Of a DNA stretch of 64,000 nt, positions 12,101 through 21,000 are shown piece after piece. The translations under genes were made by a program, and so were the position numbers. The notes under the pieces were generated by a model. It searched no databases, was not told the origin of the DNA, and saw only the letters and a program-made list of their open reading frames with translations. Numbering within the stretch: position 1 is the stretch's first letter; each line of letters starts with the position of its first letter. This DNA comes from Cyanophora paradoxa CCMP329 (Eukaryota; Plantae; Glaucophyta), in NCBI GenBank assembly GCA_004431415.1, contig QPMI01000494.1:434001-498000 (forward strand), written 5' to 3'.

Positions 12101-13458
12101 TTTGAAGGCACCATGTATGACACGTAGATTGTACAATGAAGTCGTGAGCGCTTCGATCTGGTCTTTAATACGGGCTGACCGGAAGCGCCGAGTCGCTGCA
12201 TTATTCTGGGTAACGTCCATTGGAAGTATATATCACAATTTTTTTGATTATTTTAAACGCAACTTTACATAGCAATATTGGATAGAGATCTCTTTAAGAC
12301 AAAATAAGATAAACCACCTGAACCTAAACTTGGACTACGTCATCGGTGGGAATAATTAGCGTCTAGCTAGAACCTGAACTCGAGTATGTAATTAGATTCC
12401 GATGATATAGTAATTACGTGTAGCATAACCCTTGAAACCTCTTTGTTTTTTAGATTCGAAATACACACAATTAACGTCTAGATGATGTTGAAGATTATTC
12501 CGAGACCGGCGCTTTGGGGGTCCGCCTCAAATCATTGCTATATCTTTTGCAAGATCGATCGGTCTAGACGTTGGATATTACCTAGCGGTTGCTTGATGGT
12601 TGGTTTGGAGAGGTTGTGGTGGTAGACGTAACGAAGGATTGGAAGAGTGTGTTGGTTGGAAGGCGTTGGAGTGTGTGGGTTGGGGTGGTTTGGAGGAGTG
12701 AGGGTGGTGAAGAGGTGCGGGCCACAGAATCAGGTCCTCTCTCATTTTTTCCCGGCGATGTGGTTGATGTGTATATTACCGACAACAATAAGAGATTCAA
12801 AAAGAAGGCACCCACGGTCAGCGTCTTCGTCGCAACGAGCGGGCCTTTTGCCGGGCAGACTGTTCTCCAGTTCGGTGAGTCGCTGCATTCTTCGAAATGG
12901 CCTGAATACTGCCTGTCGACGTCGCTATTTTAACATCGATCCGTCGCGGCTATGGCCAGTCCCGCCTCCTTTCAGCGCCGGCAGCACCGGGCGCCGCAGT
13001 GCGCTGCAGAACACCGACGAAAACGTGCGTGTTCTACATTTTATGCGGATGCGCCATGCGATGTTGACATCTATATCGATGGCTTGCAAATGTACAGTAC
13101 AACATTCGCATTGAGCAAAACGGTGAAGCGCCACTCCTCATCAAGAATGTCAGTCGAACCGGCTTCGAATTCATTTGATTATGAAAATCCTTTTCTTCGA
13201 GTTGCCAATCGCGATCCGATGATCGTTTCCTGCGCAGGCCTTCCGCTGGACTCCCACTTCGAATGCGGCATCTTCGGTGCCGTACTGGCCGAACACGAGC
13301 TCTGCCATTGTGCGCACGCGATTTTATATAAGGCGCGAACAATTCGTATCTTTGACATGATCGATCCGGCGCAGGGGCTCGCGGCTGCCGGCTTCCCGCA
13401 GCTCCTCCGCGTCGCGGCGGCCGCATGCGCTGCAGCTGCGCTTGTCATGATGCTCTGA
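143..13458 (+). CDS. Multi-exon host gene for a probable secreted/surface Cys- and Ser/Pro-rich glycoprotein, interrupted by EVE1
   Basis: N-terminal hydrophobic stretch (AAAVIVVLTLAIA), Cys-rich segment at 800-1060, (SP)n repeats at 1070-1490, and a hydrophobic C-terminus (LLRVAAAACAAAALVMML*, TGA 13456-13458). The exon ending SDSITVPVTGVVN, intron 1991-2071 (GT..CAG) and the next exon PGDVVDVYITDNNKRF join in frame only if EVE1 is removed. The full exon structure was not resolved. Confidence 0.55.
2072..2077 (+). repeat. Left target-site duplication CCCGGC of EVE1 (right copy 12751-12756)
   Basis: An identical hexamer directly abuts both TIR ends. A 6-bp TSD is typical of Polinton rve integrases. 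Confidence 0.95.
2078..2535 (+). repeat. Left TIR of EVE1 (458 bp)
   Basis: Reverse complement of 12324-12750. The outer part is C/A-rich, and the inner segment 2352-2535 is identical to the right TIR. Confidence 0.95.
2504..3136 (-). CDS. EVE1 hypothetical Lys-rich protein (~210 aa), ending inside the left TIR
   Basis: ATG at 3136 (MVRSTSG) follows an AT-rich gap. The longer ORF call to 3376 overlaps the mCP gene on the same strand. Confidence 0.6.
   Translation of the reverse strand: MVRSTSGYLPSASRKLTNSPNKKNNIEFLSGDTESYPLVRRTAGGEGASIDFALTADENAILDNIPNSRTKKSKTSKLKDTDDGPLYVSETGNRSRYFIKTVTGLKTISKKRAGDLIAGIAVETKMENKILNEPIAKTKIDKKLSPPSSAVPAKTIVAIPEVDENASELPVANTSILRIASSSADPVGPSIEYKPMLSGFTKLGLRHRWE
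3207..4082 (-). CDS. EVE1 minor capsid protein (penton, single jelly-roll)
   Basis: N-terminus VNVDSRDR..SSNFKINLP..LANVKSARI, then YLFLHIDQ, and C-terminus LEQLDVSIRYFNG..FSFVIEFEI. This is the typical PLV minor-capsid pattern, and the gene is divergent from the MCP. Confidence 0.8.
   Translation of the reverse strand: MKLRVNVDSRDRFEGTSSNFKINLPRALANVKSARIESLELFHNMYNLAADASITTITLDPSNVIKTRTNLFRAGSYTPTSLTNYMNVLLKTQQYSYLASTYQRKFLTVFDDVSMKITILCESEFTLTFSTLELANLLGFTKAVTDSAEQLDTPITVDAVDYAFAIVGDIPVDLLYHTYLFLHIDQIRGSIHTINNWTNTSLAKIHIDAKFGELIKYTSDERVPVSVDHNSELEQLDVSIRYFNGFTAAINTEFSFVIEFEIEDSSYTKASLRSSIRNTDSEFHPFYRSFA
4127..5356 (+). CDS. EVE1 major capsid protein (double jelly-roll, 409 aa)
   Basis: Beta-rich, with FDLPR..LLNGVSLYFKV, FIENVRF and YFPLLAL..PTVEIDFR. 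It lies between mCP and ATPase and is collinear with 56466-57779. Confidence 0.85.
   Translation: MAQAGTTLKELLTTKGSNELYLSPGLTVGVSPKFKPFLETIRPRGNSYGFAQTAAFDLPRKQLLNGVSLYFKVTVAGGAAASVLPNGAGAFIENVRFVHGSFKMVIPGDWLTVNALIDNSVASAQAFASSYGFGKDAALEILDASREYVLKIPSQLWDNSYFPLLALADMPTVEIDFRSAGVIGTVADAIATLTDCALVCQFVNIPSEEAESMLKSANESGGIRIPFTEIISKRSRQLKTDDAGNAVEISLANVSGLVHAILMTVRNANHLGTRNHNSFAGNGNALKIDSFEIMHNNRTLDISNKPISGFVSSCYHIPTQYRGATTGNSALGFEDGNVYGIVLSKSGKDSLHNAVLGYTDFFNSSSSYCSLTVTGCTNTAPAVVDFHVLRHNVLVINSYQMSTLKVSNF
5358..6062 (+). CDS. EVE1 A32/FtsK-like genome packaging ATPase
   Basis: Walker A GPTNSGKS, Walker B IVLDDL, SGRHYNISLFITTQ and IRRNCEY. Confidence 0.93.
   Translation: MDIKLFDPAEVKLPKRFLFVGPTNSGKSTYVKHVLNAVANQLDDIYVFSTTAFTEQWDDTTRKSNIYEEWDTVLVEELLERQKERRRKKDDRKIAIVLDDLLDNDLVNVHSDRLMQKLFTSGRHYNISLFITTQRLCGISPTIRRNCEYVCFSSILSNIKEFDCVFAEYNAGASRAVLMRLFLEWGHSYQVLIFEAATVDRVYSVDKSSGDFSALSSFLHARKRPGRKPATNLV
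5833..6225 (-). CDS. EVE1 small protein with DUF3820-like FGxYKG..PxYxxWL motif
   Basis: ISFGIYKGASYLWIASAKPEYTSWLL. The 3' part overlaps the ATPase gene antisense. Confidence 0.55.
   Translation of the reverse strand: MELELETTEEELNLEEFWPGRSQLTPSHCISFGIYKGASYLWIASAKPEYTSWLLRQDWLPAFDRAAFLRVKSLIEPKNLQKIYQQSRRGPRSRLQISKPDTNDPIQGKDALKLLDSLRRCIRQRRNRTL
6257..6778 (-). CDS. EVE1 HNH endonuclease with C-terminal AP2 domain
   Basis: IDHINLNKLDNRRENLR (HNH), followed by NTSGFIGV..GKWYAR..HIGYYTTAEAAARARD (AP2). Confidence 0.92.
   Translation of the reverse strand: MEVAIPEGAVAIPLGGIHNHRRVIVAYALVSQDDSQRVLGFRWSLINGYACTTINRKTVYLHNFISGELENGLTIDHINLNKLDNRRENLRLATKRQQRLNQNRRVTNTSGFIGVCFNQQRGKWYARYMINGRNKHIGYYTTAEAAARARDAYALEHTSEDDKPFLRLNFPQV
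6890..7198 (+). CDS. EVE1 small basic AT-hook DNA-binding protein
   Basis: KRGRGRPPK and KKGRKP motifs followed by an Arg/Lys-rich helix. First ATG at 6890. Confidence 0.7.
   Translation: MSSADYTAVKRGRGRPPKVRLLTMDSYEPKKKGRKPIEVTPEILAERRRKNAERNRKLRHTNETYRLKQLAITAKYRAENPDRIREYHRNAISRRCLAKDVA
7182..8084 (-). CDS. EVE1 retroviral-type (rve) integrase
   Basis: WQID, SADNG, LGIIDRFARTLR and YNETAHSA. The third catalytic position is D rather than E. Confidence 0.88.
   Translation of the reverse strand: MYTLTAPPGAWQIDVLFIGRYRLFAAVEIATRFAIVRKIETFKQLPKMIEQLPGIWGFSADNGFNTAAIRAMVEENSLKIHTDVAKDDHISKGNKLGIIDRFARTLRALIQADTEARGSPHFLSRLPAIVKAYNETAHSAFGEERSPTWMRENTQVAEQLHQVRQRQNDIERENTKMPKPGTEVQILEPKSSVFAKGLAKPSKETYIVAGADKNRVRLITKQGVEISRRVKPSEIRQPRDLPDQTRIEKEEVKMRQQRRLRREGLIETKKYSGQNRKDRELKKLEIAGEPKLRAGAKQRL
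8094..12220 (-). CDS. EVE1 protein-primed family B DNA polymerase (~1375 aa), split by a 1-nt frameshift at ~10026
   Basis: ExoI GYADSET, EndoVII-like DHCHDTSKYIGAACRACN, ExoII HNGRGFDFHL, and pol motifs YLDANNLYG, KLMNNSVFGK and GTDTDS. A -1 shift after KG restores IYPYSYISSWQRFQETELP, which runs without a stop into the 9854 ORF. Confidence 0.93.
12324..12750 (-). repeat. Right TIR of EVE1 (427 bp)
   Basis: Reverse complement of 2078-2535, lacking a ~31-bp segment that is present on the left. Confidence 0.95.
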
Positions 13459-14668
13459 ATGTCATAAGGGCGCCCCCGATGCAGCTGCAGCGGCAGTCCC
13501 TGAATTCAAAGGGCCCCTTCAGAATAAACTTTCGCACTTTCGCATTTCTTTTGCATGTACCTTGTACTTTTGATCACTTCGATCTTCGATCTTCAATCAA
13601 CTGTAGCTTGTAATTGTACGTTTAAGGATCGAATATGTACGAATCTGTTCGATTCAATCACCGAGAAGGAAGGGGGGGAGGGGGAGGGGGGCGAGTGCGG
13701 GGGATTTGAAATTAAGTACATGCGTTTAGATCAATTGCAATGCTCATGATCAGTATATTTTGAATAGAAGGATCCGGACATGCACATGGTTCGGCGAGTC
13801 GTATCGTTAGCTGAACTGCAATCACACTAGAAGGCTCTTTAATTTGTACAATCGATATCCTGGTGCGCACAAACAAAAAGCCAGTCTTCGTATCGATACT
13901 GGATCGGGGTCCTTGGGCACACCATTTTCATAAAATGTGATCTGCCTCACAGGCATCGGCATTACGTATGCTGGACATGGGACGGAGACGGGGTCGGAGT
14001 CAGAGGGGGCGGCGTCGGCCCAGGAGCCGGCGGGGGAGGTCCCCGCGGCGCTGCTGACGGTCGCGCTGCACGCGACCTGCGCCTCCGCCGCGAGGCCCGT
14101 CACGGTGAACTCCGCCATATGCATCATGATCAGCAGCCGCGGCACCACGTCGCTCAATTACGGCGCCGGCAGCGCCCCCGCGCACTGGTACACCAGCGCG
14201 CGCCGCCCCCGTCGGGCTCGCGATCGTTGCTCCGTACAGGTACGGCGTCGCCGAGAGCCGCAGGGGCGCCCGCCCCGCGAACACTGGCCCCGCCACCGTG
14301 CTGCACTGCACGCTCGCGTTCGCCGGCGCCTCGTCGCCGCTGAACGTGTTGAACGCCATGACCAGCAGGTCCACGACCCGCGGCACCGCGAGCACGATCA
14401 AGGCCGACGGCGCCACGGGGCCCCGCGCCGCCGCGGCCAGCGCCGTCTGCCGCTGCGCGGCGGGCGAGGCGCCGCAGGAGGCTGGCTCGTGGCAGCGGCT
14501 AGGAGACGGGACGCTCGTGCGCGGCACCGGCTGCGATGGCCTTGCCCCTGCACAGCGGAAAAGGGGTCATTGAACCGGAGGAGATAGTCTTCAAATTCAT
14601 TATCGATATCTAATTATAATGCCATGATGCGCACCACTGGACCCCTTTTAGAATTCCATTATTCGTAT

Positions 14669-17561
14669 TCACATCGACCCATGGGGCCAGTGCTGCGCAA
14701 ATGAATGGATGAGAGCCCACGAATAATCTGTTCTATGTACAAGAGGCGGACCGTGATGTGCCTGTCTTTGAGGATCTTGCAGACGACCTGCATCTCGGCC
14801 GTCTGCACCCGCCGGTATACGTACCTGCGCCCGCGGCGCGCCGCCGGTACCTGCGGCCGATCGCGAGGCGCGGGGAGAGTAGCGGGCGGGCGCGGGCGGG
14901 GCCCGGCGGGCGCACGAGACCATGACGTCGAAGAAAGTGATGGGCTTTGGCGTGTTGGCGTCGGGCTCCACGACCGACGTCCCCTCCGGCTGCCCGCCCC
15001 GCCCCGTCAGGCCGGGCCCGATCGCGAGCCCCGCCGCCTGTGGCCGCGCCGGCGGCGCACCCGAATGATGGCTGAAAGGCTCTGCAGCGCCTTCGTGTAC
15101 TCCACCCCTGCACCGCCGCCTCGCCGCGGGCCGAGGGCCGGCGCCGGGCCGGAACGGGCGGGCCGGGCCGAGCGGCACCCTTCATGGCGGGGATGCGGAT
15201 CTCGGGGTGCCGGCCGAGCATCTCCAGCGCGGCGGCAGCGCGCGCGGCGTCGGCCCCGCGGCCGCGGCCGCGGCGCGGGCGGCGTCGCGCGGCGCGGCGG
15301 GGCCGACGCAGATCTAGAGCGACACGATCCGCTTCCCGAGCCACGCCGCGTGCTGCAGCTCCGAGATCCGTCGCGCACGCCCTGCGGAGGCCGCAGTCGG
15401 CCGCCGTGGCGGAGGCGGGCGCTGGCGGCGAGGTTCTGGGCACCGCGAGCGGAATTCGAACCAATCTGCGGGCGGGAGTCAGGTTTCGCTCAGGACCGGG
15501 TCTGCCAGGCCGGGCCGGGGCCGGGGGCGGCCCGGGGTCGGCGAGCACGACGAAGCACCCGGCGCCTTCGACGGCCGCCGATCGCGACACGTGCTTCCGG
15601 CTGCCCCGCGCGGCTCGGGCGGCGCGGGCGGGCGAGTGGCGCGGGCGGGCGGGCGGGCGGGCGGGCGGGGCGCACTGGGCGAGGTTCTCGATCTCGCCGC
15701 CCGCCGCCGCCATGCCGTCGTCGTTCCAGCTCTGCCGCGCCGCTCAGCCGGCGCCGGCGCCGGAAGGGGCGGGCGGGGCGGGCGGGGCGGGCCTTGAGGC
15801 CGTACTGCTCGAGGCCGGCGGCGAGGGCGGAGGCCTCCGTGAGGCGCGCCCCCGCGCGAAGCTCACGAACCTGCGCGCCGCGAGGTCGGTCGGGGCGGCG
15901 GGGCAGGGCGGGGTGGGGATCCGGACAGGAGAGCGGCAGGGCGGGAGGAGGAGGGGGGGGGTAGGGGAAGGGTAGTGGAGAGGTCGACGTCGAGGCACGG
16001 AGGGGGTAGGGGGCAGAAGAGGGGGGGGAGGGCCGGGGGAGGCGCCCGGGGCCGGGAGGAGGCGCGGCGCCCAAACCCAGGGGGGGGGCGGGGAGAAGGG
16101 CGCGGCGCGGAGGAGGGAGGGGGGGGCCGGGCAGAAGGGCGGGGGGGGGGGAGAGGGGAGGGGTAGAAGGGGAGTAAAAAAAGCGGGGCGACGAGCAGGG
16201 CCGGGCCGGGGGTAGAGGAAGAAGGGGTACGCTAAGAGGTAGACCGAAGGGAGCGGTTGGGGAGAGGTCGGTGTCGGAGGCGGAAAAAAAGGGGGGGAGG
16301 GGAGGGAGCAGAAGGGCGGGGGGGGGGGGGGGAGGTCCGGGGAAGGCGGCCGGAGCTTGGGCCGGGGTGAATGGGAAGTGGGGCGGGGTGGGGGGAGAAG
16401 AAAGGAGTACGAAAGAAGGGGTGTAGAGGAAGAAGAATGGGCAGAGAGGGAGAGGGGAGAAGTGGCAAGGGAGCGTTTGGAAGGCGGAAGGGCGCGAGAG
16501 AGGGGGAGGGGGGGGGGGTAGGAGGAGGGGGGCGCGGGGGCGGGAGGGGTAGAGGGAGGGGGAAAGAGAGGGAGAGGGGCAGGGCCTTGAACGAAGCGGG
16601 AAGGGGGTACTGGGGAGGGGCTTCAAGAGGTAGGGAGAGGGGGGGGGATACAGAGGTAGGGATGCGGTTGGGGTAGCGGAGATAAAAGAGGCAGGGCGGG
16701 AAGAGGGGCGAGAAAATGGGGGTAGGGGCTAAAAAGAAGGGGGAGGGCGTAGAGGAAAGAGGGGAGGTGGAGAAGAAGGGGCGTGGGGAGAGAGAGGGGG
16801 TAGAGGGTCGGCCGGAAGGGATGCGGGATGCAAAGGGGAAAAGCGAGGGGGGGAAGGGGCGGTCCGGTCCGAGGGCGAGGGACGGCGGGGGGGGGGGGGG
16901 GGGGGGGGGCGGGGGGGGGAGAAGGATGGGGTGGGGAACAGGGGGCGGGACGGGACGGGAAAGTCGAGCGGAGGGGGGTACGCACGCGTCCTGGTACCCG
17001 ATGCGGGCCTCCGGCCGCGGGTCGGGCAGTGGCGCCGAGCTGTAGTCCCGCCGCCTGAACGGGCCCTTGAAGCCAGCCGTTGAGGTCTGCCCCCGATTAG
17101 CTCGGGGGGTTGTCGGCCGCCGGGCGGTCGAGGGCGCGCGAGAGTACCTGGAGGACGAGGGCCGCGGGCGGGTCGCTGATGCTTGAGCTGGGCCCTTGGC
17201 TCCCCGCCGGCAGCATACGAAAGCTCGGGCCGCCAGAGGCGGCCAGCGGCAGGTCTCCGGCCTGCGGGCGGCCCCGGCCCAGCTCAGCTCAGGTGAGCTG
17301 ATGCTTAAGGGGCGATTGGAGACGGACCTCCTCGTCCCATTTGCGGTGGACCATCTCGAGTGAGGCCGAGTACTTCTTGTAGGCAGCCGACTGCAGGTCC
17401 CCGCGGCCGCCCGCGGCCGCGCCCGCGGCCGCGCCCGCGCCGGCCGCCGTGCCTGCACGGGCGCGCGTGGGCGTGGGCGGGGCGCGGGACTGCACAGTGG
17501 CGCGCGGGAGCACTAGAGGGAGCCTCGGAGGGAGACGCGTGCGCGTACCTTCGCCGCTCAT
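14669..17561 (-). CDS. Multi-exon host gene of unknown function
   Basis: Short coding-like exons bounded by GT/GC..CAG, e.g. GDLQSAAYKKYSASLEMVHRKW, GVEYTKALQSLSAIIR, PKPITFFDVM and YVYRRVQTAEMQVVCKILKDRHIT|HWPHGSM*. Boundaries are approximate. Confidence 0.45.
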
Positions 17562-18042
17562 GCTAGAACGCTGCGTGTACTCCGCGCCGAGTCGCCCTAA
17601 GCCTCTCTGACGCGAACTTCGGAACGGGCGGACCGCCGTGCACGCGGGCCAGCCTGCAGCTGCAGCTGGCAGGCCGGTGGCCCAAGCAAGCTGTGACTAG
17701 GGGCGCCTCCGGGGCACGCGTACGCGCACAGCCGCCGACGGCGCCCGGCGCCCGGCCGCGCTGCGGCTGTGGCTGTCGACGTCGACGGTCGGGCCGTGGT
17801 CCAGTAAGGACCAGTATCCGTCCAGCTACGACAGCCTGCAGCTGCGAGTGCTCAAGCTTGGCGCTGCGCCGCTGCGCCGCTGCACGGTCTGAACCCGGTG
17901 ACCGCGCGCAGTACTAGTAATAAAAAGAACCGATCGATCGAGAGGATCCCGGAGACGCGGGCGTGGGCGGCAGCCGGCAGCTCGGAGCTCAGCGGCTCGA
18001 GGGCCAGCCACCGCGGCCGGTGCGATCGTACTCGCCGAGGCG

Positions 18043-21000
18043 ATGCCGACTCGTAGTCAGCTGCGCATGCGCGGCCTACGCTGCACTGCGAGGCTGCGTG
18101 GCCTGCGCCCCGCCGCCCCGCAGCCCTCCGGCCTAACTAACAGACAGACGCCTCGAAGACTCGAGGCGTACGCCGCGGTACGCGTGCTCCTCGAAGCGGG
18201 GGGCGTACGGCAAAGCCTTCGTTCGCAGGGATGAATTGAATTCGAAAGGGAGCCGCATCTCGCTGGGGTACAAGGTCGAGGTGACGCGTTAGCCACTTCG
18301 AGGTCCAGGAGACAACCCGGACAAGCCGCACTTAGAGTCTTCAACTGCGCGAGCTCGAGGAGCGATCGGCGCAGCGTCGTCCCCCCGAGCTCGAGACGAT
18401 CGGTTCTTGCAAGTGCTGCTCGGGCCCGGGACGCGCATGCGCAGCTGAGATTCGATCGCTTCTCGCCGAGTCAGCCTGCAGCTCTGCAGCTTTCAGTGCA
18501 CCCGTAGAGTCCGGCAAGCTTTTAGCGTCCGATCCAACAGCGCGCGGGGCTGTTGTGCAGCTGTTGATCGCAGATGGGGGAAGGGTGAGCGTGAGCGCAT
18601 TGCATACGCGCCGGCGTCTCTCTGATCGCTTGCCTTGCGGCCGATCGTAGGACTGCAGCAGCGACCGTGGCGGACGTCGCGGCGGCGGCGGCTGCAGCTG
18701 CGCATGGGACGGGACACGAGGTGGAGGCGACGATCGCGACGCAGGGCGCTCTGGTCGCGCGCGACTACATCCTTATGGTCGTCTTCATCCTGGGCTACGC
18801 GTGAGCCGCCCGCCCTCACCCCCCGCGTCAGAGCGGCGTCACGCGGCCGAGCGCGCCGCGCGTATACGTACGCATCACCTTTAGCTGACGGGTGCGCGTA
18901 CGCGCGTGCGCCAAGCGGCATCACGGTCGAGCACAACATCGGGATCAACAAGGGCACCACGTCGATCTTCCTCGCCGTCATCTGCTGGTCCGCGGCGCCG
19001 CCGGCGCGCGTCCGTCCGTCGCTCGGTCTCTCGTTCTGAGCTCGAGCCCCTTCTCGCGCACGCACAGGCTCATCATCTTCGTTAGTGCGCCGAACGCCGA
19101 GCTCGCGAACGAAGAGTTGCTCCACACGCTCTCGGTGCGCCCTCCGCAGCTCAGCCTAGTACCCCCCCCCCCTAGTACCCTAGCTGGCTGCGGGCTAGCG
19201 CCGACCCACCGTGGCCGATCCCAGGAAGTATCCTCGATCGTTTTCTTCCTCCTGGGAGCCGTCACCATCGTCGAGCTCATGGACGGCCACGGTGCGCCTG
19301 TACCCCGGGGCTTTGCCCCGCCCGCCCTCCCCGGTACCCCCCGGAACCTTCCCCCCCCCCCCGCGGCTCCCTGTTCGTCCCCGTCTCCCCTTCCCCTTCC
19401 GGCCGGCCGTCACCCGAGCTTCGCCTCCGCTTGGCCGGACGCCCCCCCGGCCGCTGACTGTACCCCTGACTCGCCGGCTTCGTTCGCAGGCGGCTTCCGC
19501 ATCATCAAACGCGTCATCCGCATCCGCTCCAAGCGCGGCCTCCTCTGGTGCCGTACCCCCCGCCGGCTTTCTCCCCCCTCGCCCCTCTTCCCCCTCCGAT
19601 GTGACGGGGGTACAGGTTCATCGCCTTGCTCACGTTCTTCGTGAGCGCCGTCCTGGATAACCTTACCACCACGATCGGGTACCTCCGAGCTTCTAGGATC
19701 ATCCTAAGCGCATCGCTCTTTACAGTGATTAACTAATAAATCAAATATAAGGATGATCTCGCTGCTGCGCAACCTGCTTCCGAACCGAGAGGACCGCCTG
19801 GTTTTCGGCGCTATCGTCGTCATCGCTGCGAACGGTGCGAGCGCGTTTGGAGCGAGATCAAGAGCTATGGAGGCGCTATCGATAAATTTATCATTTGTTT
19901 GCACACATGCAAGCTCGGACATGCGTGCGTTATCTTCAAATCGATATCTTGACTCGGGCGCCGCCCCCGTGCGCGCAGCGGGCGGGGCCTGGACCTGCAT
20001 CGGTGACGTCACGACGACCATGCTCTGGATCGGCAACCAGGTCACGGTGCGCTGCGCCCAGGACGCTGTACCCCCCTTTTCCACATGCTCACTGTACCCC
20101 CTCTCCCGCTCAGGTGACGGGACCCATGAAGGGCCTCCTGATACCCTCCCTGATCTCCCTCATTGTCACCCTACTTGCCCAGGTCCTTTCACGTACCCCC
20201 CCCCCCGGTCGCCGCTCCTCTGACCCTTTCTTTTTCTCTGACCCTCCCCGCCGCGCCCCGAAAGACGCCTTTCATCCACGGGACGGTGGCCGGCCCGAAG
20301 CGCTCCGACGAAGAAGATCTGGAGCACGAAGTGGAGCTTGAGGGGGGGCGGGAGAAGGGGGGACGGGGCCACTCGGGCGCCCTCGGTCTGAGCCCCGACC
20401 TCGCCTTCGCCAAGGACGACATCGCGGTGGGCCGGACTCAGATGAGGAGGTCGGCAAGCGCTCACCTGAACTGACTGGTGGGCGTTCACACGTCAGATCC
20501 GGAGGCCGGAGCCCCGCGGGAAGCAGGGCGCCGAGTCCCCGGCCTCCGTCCACGAGGACGCAGACGGTCCGTCTAAGCTCAGAGGTTTTACGCTCAGATT
20601 CAATCCGACCCGACCCGACCCGACCCGACCCGATCCGATCCGATCTGATCTGATCTGAGCAGAGGGCACCACGCCCCGCGGCCACTACGCACCCGTCGCT
20701 GCCGCGCCAGAGGTGGGACCGTACCCCCCGCCCGACGCCCCTAAGCCTCCCGCTCGACTGCATCCGACGCGCGCGCGCCCGCCTGTACCCCGCCCAGGCT
20801 GCGGACGCCGACGCTGGCGTCCTGGCCGGGGCCCCCTCGAACCCCCTCGACCGGACGGTGCGCGCGCGCGCGCCCCCCTGAGCCTTTCTTCCCGAGAGCT
20901 TCTTCGACGACGCGGCCTCACCAAGTTTACTGAAGTCTTAAGAGGAACATTACTTAGTGTTCTCACCAAGCTTAAGACCTTCTGCTTCATCTTGTCCGAG

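Larger units (their letters stand above)
2078..12750. mobile_element. EVE1: complete integrated Polinton-like virus (pPolB + rve integrase + double jelly-roll capsid module)
   Basis: Termini AAAAAATGAGAGAGG...CCTCTCTCATTTTTT, long TIRs and a 6-bp TSD. Intronless, densely packed genes that are much more AT-rich than the host, covering mCP, MCP, ATPase, integrase and pPolB. Confidence 0.95.

Noticed and set aside
15950-16980. Long Pro-rich or Gly/Arg-rich ORFs over G-run tracts (also 41660-41980 and 42300-43400)
   Set aside because: Low-complexity, probably intronic and error-prone sequence. The ORFs reflect stop-codon scarcity at high GC.
20605-20657. Graded pentamer microsatellite (CCGAC to CCGAT to CTGAT) and CTTAAGCTTCTT repeats at ~23665-23725
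   Set aside because: Ordinary intronic slippage repeats.
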